A DNA stretch of 64,000 nt from a bacterium. Lineage in GTDB: Bacteria; UBA8248. Shown here in pieces: positions 59,265 through 64,000 of this stretch (position 1 is its first letter; each line of letters opens with the position of its first letter). The position numbers and the translations under genes are program-made. The notes below the pieces were generated by a model, which searched no databases, was not told the DNA's origin, and saw only the letters and a list, made by a program, of their open reading frames with translations. The DNA lies in NCBI GenBank assembly GCA_963692865.2, contig OY843592.1:3168001-3232000 (forward strand), read 5' to 3'.

Positions 59265-61067
59265 ATGAAGAGCACGAAGAGGCTGGCCCGGCGGGCGGCG
59301 CCCGCCCTCGCGCTGGCGGCGATGATGACCCTGGCCGCCTGCGGCGGCGGGGGCGGCGGATCAAGTCCGCCCGCGGTGATTCCACCGCCGACGCCGACAC
59401 CAACACCAGATCCGACTCCAACGCCAGACCCGACACCGGACCCGACACCGACTCCGGATCCGGATGAGCGGCGCGGAGAGTTGGCGCTCCCCGGGCTCGA
59501 GCTTATCCCGCTGGATAAGATCAAACTCACAAACAGGGAAATACAGAAACAGTTCGTGGTGCTTGACGGCAGTAACGAAAATCATGAGCGCCCAGTTCGC
59601 GAAACGGCGTGCAAAGCGTATGTAACCGGCTGTAAGGATTCAAACGACTATTCCGGCAAGCTTATCGGAAGAAACGGCACCGTTCTGGCGAATCGGACAA
59701 ATGGCTCAACGCCGTTTTCCTTTCTCGGGACGCGAGCTATTGCCGGTAGACCTGAAATAGATTGGTACTTACAGGAAATCCGAAGAATGGGTACGGTGAA
59801 AATTACTACCGAGTCAATACAGCCAGGATTGGGGGGTGTCATGGTTGAGCATTACGGCGCTTCATTGCCGTTTTTGTCGGTGATTGCTGCCGGTAATATA
59901 CCAACCGATTCATTTACTGGTTTTGATGAGCAGTACTCAGCAAGGGCTCAAAATACTCGAAACGCCATCGCAGCTAACAAGGCGATATATGTCGCCGGGC
60001 ATATGCGGGATGCGAACGGAAACTATATTCGCGATCCGTCTTCAAGCGGATGTAAGGGCGGCGACAGCGGATGTATTTGGGCGCCGTTCACTACTGAAGG
60101 TGTCGGAGTAGGTACCAGTCTCTCCGCTCCGAGGTTCGGCGCGGCACTTGCCTCAGTGCTTAGTGTGTTTCCTGACACGAAGGACACGGAACTTGCCCGT
60201 TTCGGCAAGGCGTGTGCCAAAAAGTCAGGAAACGGCATTGAGGCACTGCTTGCAAAATCAGGCGGCGTCGGCGTCGCCGACTTCACCTGCATGGGTAGTG
60301 TCGTCGGTTCGCTCACCAATCTGCCGACAGGCGCAACAACAACGGTGACTGTGAACGGACAGACCGTTACTGTCGGCGGAAGAAGTGTGTCACTTCCCTC
60401 AGAGGGGAGTGTCGCGTCATACATCACCAGAGAAGTGAGCAATGGTGCTGTCGGTCAGGCGATACCTGCTGGTGTGGCATACGCGCAGTTTGAGAAAGAT
60501 GACGAAACCGCGCCTACCCGCATCAAACTAACCGGCTTTACCGGCAGTGATAACGGCTTTTCTTTAAACGCCGTGCCGAACAATTCAGGATCGCTATCCT
60601 TGGTCGGTCTGCAGAAAGCGGGAGATTTTTTCGCGCTTGCCGCCGTTGGGGAAAGGTCTGACTTTTTCGGTTTCTCCAAAGGACACGGAGAAGTCCTCAA
60701 TGCAGAAATCTCCGCCGGACACAAAAACGCGTTCCTTCGTTTTGAAAAACAGATTTCAAACGGCGGGATAGATGTTCGGGATGCGGAAGGTGAATCATTC
60801 GGGTTCACGCTCCGTAAAGGATTTGACCTGACCGAGAGAGTGTTCCTGTCCGCCGCCGTCCGCGGCGACAGATTTCTCGGCGGGGAAGCAAGTATTCCGT
60901 TCGGCAGGGTTGATCTGTCAAAGAGCGGATGGGATCATCGCGTATCCCTGTCTTCCGACATTCTGGTTGACAAAAACGCCACCGTGAGTATCTCGGCGGG
61001 TACTCGCTTCCCGGCAACGGGAGACAGTGAAACAGACATATCCGCCAAATACTCCCTGCGCTTCTGA
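59265..61067 (+). CDS. Lipoprotein with Pro/Thr linker, divergent S8 (subtilase-like) domain and probable C-terminal beta-barrel
   Basis: GGAGG RBS, lipobox LAAC-GGGGG, PTPD repeats, AAGN, GTSLSAP, amphipathic strands ending YSLRF. Confidence 0.7.
   Translation: MKSTKRLARRAAPALALAAMMTLAACGGGGGGSSPPAVIPPPTPTPTPDPTPTPDPTPDPTPTPDPDERRGELALPGLELIPLDKIKLTNREIQKQFVVLDGSNENHERPVRETACKAYVTGCKDSNDYSGKLIGRNGTVLANRTNGSTPFSFLGTRAIAGRPEIDWYLQEIRRMGTVKITTESIQPGLGGVMVEHYGASLPFLSVIAAGNIPTDSFTGFDEQYSARAQNTRNAIAANKAIYVAGHMRDANGNYIRDPSSSGCKGGDSGCIWAPFTTEGVGVGTSLSAPRFGAALASVLSVFPDTKDTELARFGKACAKKSGNGIEALLAKSGGVGVADFTCMGSVVGSLTNLPTGATTTVTVNGQTVTVGGRSVSLPSEGSVASYITREVSNGAVGQAIPAGVAYAQFEKDDETAPTRIKLTGFTGSDNGFSLNAVPNNSGSLSLVGLQKAGDFFALAAVGERSDFFGFSKGHGEVLNAEISAGHKNAFLRFEKQISNGGIDVRDAEGESFGFTLRKGFDLTERVFLSAAVRGDRFLGGEASIPFGRVDLSKSGWDHRVSLSSDILVDKNATVSISAGTRFPATGDSETDISAKYSLRF
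59383..59466 (+). repeat. Pro-Thr/Pro-Asp coding repeat (linker)
   Basis: Encodes PPPTPTPTPDPTPTPDPTPDPTPTPDPD. Confidence 0.8.
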
Positions 61068-61086
61068 ACGCGATAGAACTTTCTGC

Positions 61087-61121
61087 ACGGCCCGGCAGGG
61101 GCGACCCTGCCGGGCCGTTTT
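61087..61121 (+). terminator. Intrinsic terminator after the subtilase-like gene
   Basis: ACGGCCCGGCAGGG-GCGA-CCCTGCCGGGCCGT followed by TTT. Confidence 0.8.
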
Positions 61122-61149
61122 GTACGTCATGGACTCCTGGAGGTGAAGT

Positions 61150-61524
61150 ATGAAGATGGGGAAAGGTTCGTTGTTTTCGTTGCTGGCGGTCGTGGTCTTT
61201 CTGTTTCTTGCCGGTTGTGGCAACACGCGCCTAATCGATAAATGGTCATTTCACCTGGAAATAGCAGAATCAGCAAAATCGAAAGACGACTATGAGGTCA
61301 CCTTCAAGGATGACAAGTGTCCAAACATAGGCCAGGAGCACAGTGGTTTTTCATTCTTGCTCTCCCGTTCAAGGAGGTCCGAAGACACGAAACGCGAGAA
61401 AAATTGCACAAACAAACCGTGCTGCACGGTTACGATTAAATATGATGGGGACTCTTTCGATATTTCCTCCACCAAAGGCAAAAAACATTTAATAGAAGTG
61501 AAAAAAATAAAGTTGCCTCGCTAG
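61150..61524 (+). CDS. Small Cys-containing lipoprotein, unknown family
   Basis: GGAGG RBS, lipobox LAGC, four further Cys; paralog directly downstream. Confidence 0.75.
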   Translation: MKMGKGSLFSLLAVVVFLFLAGCGNTRLIDKWSFHLEIAESAKSKDDYEVTFKDDKCPNIGQEHSGFSFLLSRSRRSEDTKREKNCTNKPCCTVTIKYDGDSFDISSTKGKKHLIEVKKIKLPR

Positions 61525-61705
61525 ACGGGTCCGACGACGCGACACTCGGCATCCCGGGTCCCCTGCTTCCCGGCGATGGGAGAGCGGGAATCGTCCTTGT
61601 TTGACAAATATCCTTTGCGCTTTTGAATGCGGAGAACTTTCACGGCCCGGAGCGTTCGTTCCGCTAGGCCAATTTTTATTCATCACGGACTTTGGAGGTG
61701 AAAGC

Positions 61706-62107
61706 ATGAGGACTCGGCACGGTTCGTTGTTTTCGTTATTTGCTGTTGTGGTTTTCTTGTTCCTTTCTGGTGGTTGTTCCAGCCCACGCATAGTCGACAC
61801 ATGGTCGTTTCAGTTAGAACTGGCAAAATCAGAGGCCCACCCGGGCTCCCATAAGATCACCGTCAAAGATGACAAATGTATGAACGCAAACAAGGGAAGC
61901 AGCGGTTTTTCAATCGACGGTTTTTTACTCGGCTCAACAGAGATTCAAGGAAGCAGGAAAGAGAAAAATTGCGAATTTGCTCCTGACCGCTGCTGCGAGG
62001 TTACAATTGGATATGATGGGGATTATTTCAACGCCTCCTCTAGAGATGGGAATATCAAAGGGAAAGAGCATCACGTAGAAGTGAGAGGAGTAAAGTTATC
62101 TCGCTAG
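61706..62107 (+). CDS. Small Cys-containing lipoprotein, paralog of 61150-61524
   Basis: GGAGG RBS before ATG 61706, lipobox SGGC; shares WSF.LE.A, KDDKC, SGFS, EKNC, CC.VTI.YDGD. Confidence 0.75.
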   Translation: MRTRHGSLFSLFAVVVFLFLSGGCSSPRIVDTWSFQLELAKSEAHPGSHKITVKDDKCMNANKGSSGFSIDGFLLGSTEIQGSRKEKNCEFAPDRCCEVTIGYDGDYFNASSRDGNIKGKEHHVEVRGVKLSR

Positions 62108-62168
62108 GCTGGATGACAAGGCTGATCGGTCCTTAAGCCGTAAGGGAATTGGCCGGACGTGAACGAAC

Positions 62169-62207
62169 GCCCTCTCGCCTTCCGGCTCATCAGGAAGGCG
62201 AGGGGGA
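62169..62207 (+). terminator. GC-rich hairpin downstream of the lipoprotein pair
   Basis: CCCTCTCGCCTTCC-loop-GGAAGGCGAGGGGG; weak U-tail. Confidence 0.5.
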
Positions 62208-62287
62208 CTTGCCTCGGCAAACCTCAACCGGCGGTGGGAGAGTTCCGGCACTCCGGGTTCGTCGGGTATTTTTGCGCTCCTAATACG

Positions 62288-62330
62288 AAATCCCCCTCCG
62301 CGTCTTCTGGTTCGTGAAGGGGGTTTTTGT
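62288..62330 (+). terminator. Candidate intrinsic terminator
   Basis: AAATCCCCCTCCGCG...CGTGAAGGGGGTTTTTGT imperfect stem with a U-tail. Confidence 0.5.
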
Positions 62331-63192
62331 TCATAAGGGATTGAGGTGGTAGTGGCATGAGGGCTTGCAGTTCGTCATTCGCCCGTTTAGATACGGAGAA
62401 GTGTTCCCATCGGGCGTGAGATCCTGTTATCTTATTGATGTCATTGAAAAAGATTCATTGTTTCCAAGATCGTTTGGAATCCATAATCTGCGGTATGTAA
62501 TCAAAACGAAAGCGCGCCAATTCAAACTCCAGCGCAGTCCGGCGGGTTTCTGTCGGTATCCGATGGTAAGCGTTCGGGCGGGCCGTGACAGATTAGGTTT
62601 CAGTACCGCCCGGATTCAACTTGAAGCCGACTTCCAGAAGATGAAGGCTGATACCGAAATGCTGTGCATATACCGCTTTGCCTAAAGATACTACTAGGCA
62701 TAGATAGCGGACAAAGCCTTGGGCTGTACCAATTGCGTTTGGACAAATCATCGAACTCCCGCTACTCGAGTGCTTCCATCACGGCTTGGATGAACGCTTT
62801 CATCCGATGGGGTGAACGCCCTCTCCTGGCAGTATCACACTGTGCAGTATGCATCGGTTCTCGAACTCATAGGTTGAGCTGAAGTACGTGTCGTCAAACC
62901 ATTGAACGTTATTAGCGACGTTATGAAAGTATCTGAAGCCTTTGGACTTCGCGACCGCCTGCGCAGGACTCTGGCTGAGAGGAAGACCGTAAGGACGAAC
63001 ATCACCTACGGGACAGCCACTATGGAAGAAATAGCCTATCTCCACGCAGATTCTGACAGCAAGCCTAGGTCTGTTGTATGGCCGGTCCTATAGCTATTGC
63101 TACCACGGAACATCGGACTAACTACTATAATATGTTACGCTTGGTTCCAAGAATAGACTTACATGTGAGATTGATTCAAGGAGCGCGATTTT

Positions 63193-64000
63193 ATGTGGTT
63201 AACTATCTCCTCGGTTACCACTCCGCTGGCGTTAGCAGCTCTTTTCGTACTAATTGGGGCTGGTATTGTCCGATTGATTTTAAGGCAAAAGCCGACAGCC
63301 TTCGGCATGTTGGTAGTTCAATATGGTTTTTGGTTGGCGATTACATTAAGTGTGCTTGCAAACTTCGCATTTATTTATACAACAAGGCTATCAACTGAAA
63401 TTTTGATTACTGGAGTCGTCCGTAGCGACGAGGGTCAATATTTGCCGAAAGTAATAGTCGACATTCCGGGAAAGGCTCGATCAATCACTGACGACAACGG
63501 GACGTTCACTATGAGCATCCCACGATCTCGTATAGCCCAAACATACAGAATAGACGCTTTCTTGCAGGGTTATCAGAAGAAAACGATCAAGGTTGATTCT
63601 CAATATGAATCCGTAAATATTACCCTTTCTCGAAAGATTCTAAATGTAAAAGAGTTTTTAAATGTTGGTTCGAATATTCTCGTGGGTCACTATTTAGGTT
63701 TGCCGCAATTAGACATACGAATTGAAATGTTGAACCCAACAGACCGCACGATTCAGGTGAAAGAAATGGCATTGCGAATTTTGCATAAAGAGACGGGAAA
63801 GGAGAAATCTTTATTTGTTGTAGGGATGTATTTAGAACGTGGTTTACCGGTGATGCCTCCACTGCCGATAATTACATTAAAGTCAGATGCAAAGTATGAA
63901 GTCATTTTTATTTTTCTAGAGCCTAGTATTGAAATACAACAAGTCTCACAAGATATACGAGTAGTTTTTGAGAAGAAAGGAATACGCTCCCCATATGAAT
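63193..64000 (+). CDS. AT-rich membrane protein with a carboxypeptidase-regulatory-like (Cna-B type) domain; 3' truncated by the window edge, absent from the ORF track
   Basis: AAGGAG RBS, ATG 63193, open to the end: MWLTISSVTTPLALAALFVLIGAG (2 TMs)...ITGVVRSDEGQYLPKVIV...TDDNGTF...AFLQGYQ. Confidence 0.75.
   Translation, partial: MWLTISSVTTPLALAALFVLIGAGIVRLILRQKPTAFGMLVVQYGFWLAITLSVLANFAFIYTTRLSTEILITGVVRSDEGQYLPKVIVDIPGKARSITDDNGTFTMSIPRSRIAQTYRIDAFLQGYQKKTIKVDSQYESVNITLSRKILNVKEFLNVGSNILVGHYLGLPQLDIRIEMLNPTDRTIQVKEMALRILHKETGKEKSLFVVGMYLERGLPVMPPLPIITLKSDAKYEVIFIFLEPSIEIQQVSQDIRVVFEKKGIRSPYE

Noticed and set aside
61068-62330. Lipoprotein pair as integron gene cassettes
   Set aside because: No RYYYAAC...GTTRRRY attC boundaries and no intI seen; the hairpins look like terminators.
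62365-63398. Short ORFs 62365-62685, 62664-62882, 62800-63045, 62902-63093 and 63078-63398
   Set aside because: No clear RBS or motifs and mutually overlapping; the last overlaps the better-supported gene starting at 63193.

Overview
A bacterial chromosomal window, moderately GC-rich by eye, with two distinct parts. About 1-51.2 kb is densely packed metabolic and housekeeping DNA: tandem MmgE/PrpD genes with a PrpB/ICL-family lyase, cupins, glcDEF, two paralogous MFS carriers, leuS, mgtE, hflX, an M16 protease, a split UxaA/SuyAB-type dehydratase, a family-I CoA-transferase pair with an RraA-family aldolase, rlpA, DUF3604, FNR, an atypical acyl-CoA mutase, an aldehyde:ferredoxin oxidoreductase, queE and two SDRs. 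About 51.3-64 kb is a compositionally mosaic accessory region of surface proteins. Top observations: (1) the CoA-transferase alpha gene (31205-32032) is one frame interrupted by a single in-frame TGA (31508-31510) followed by a SECIS-like hairpin, and its beta partner appears to lack the canonical catalytic Glu, suggesting a selenocysteine enzyme with non-canonical chemistry; (2) a 4.6-kb FN3/PPC/Calx-beta autotransporter-like gene is frameshifted OFF by a perfect 20x heptamer repeat between its start codon and signal peptide, next to a fused kinase-receiver-DNA-binding regulator and a divergent subtilase-like lipoprotein; (3) a B12 mutase with a remodelled active site. No rRNA, tRNA, CRISPR array, transposase or integrase was recognised. 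All calls come from reading motifs by eye; no database searches were run.
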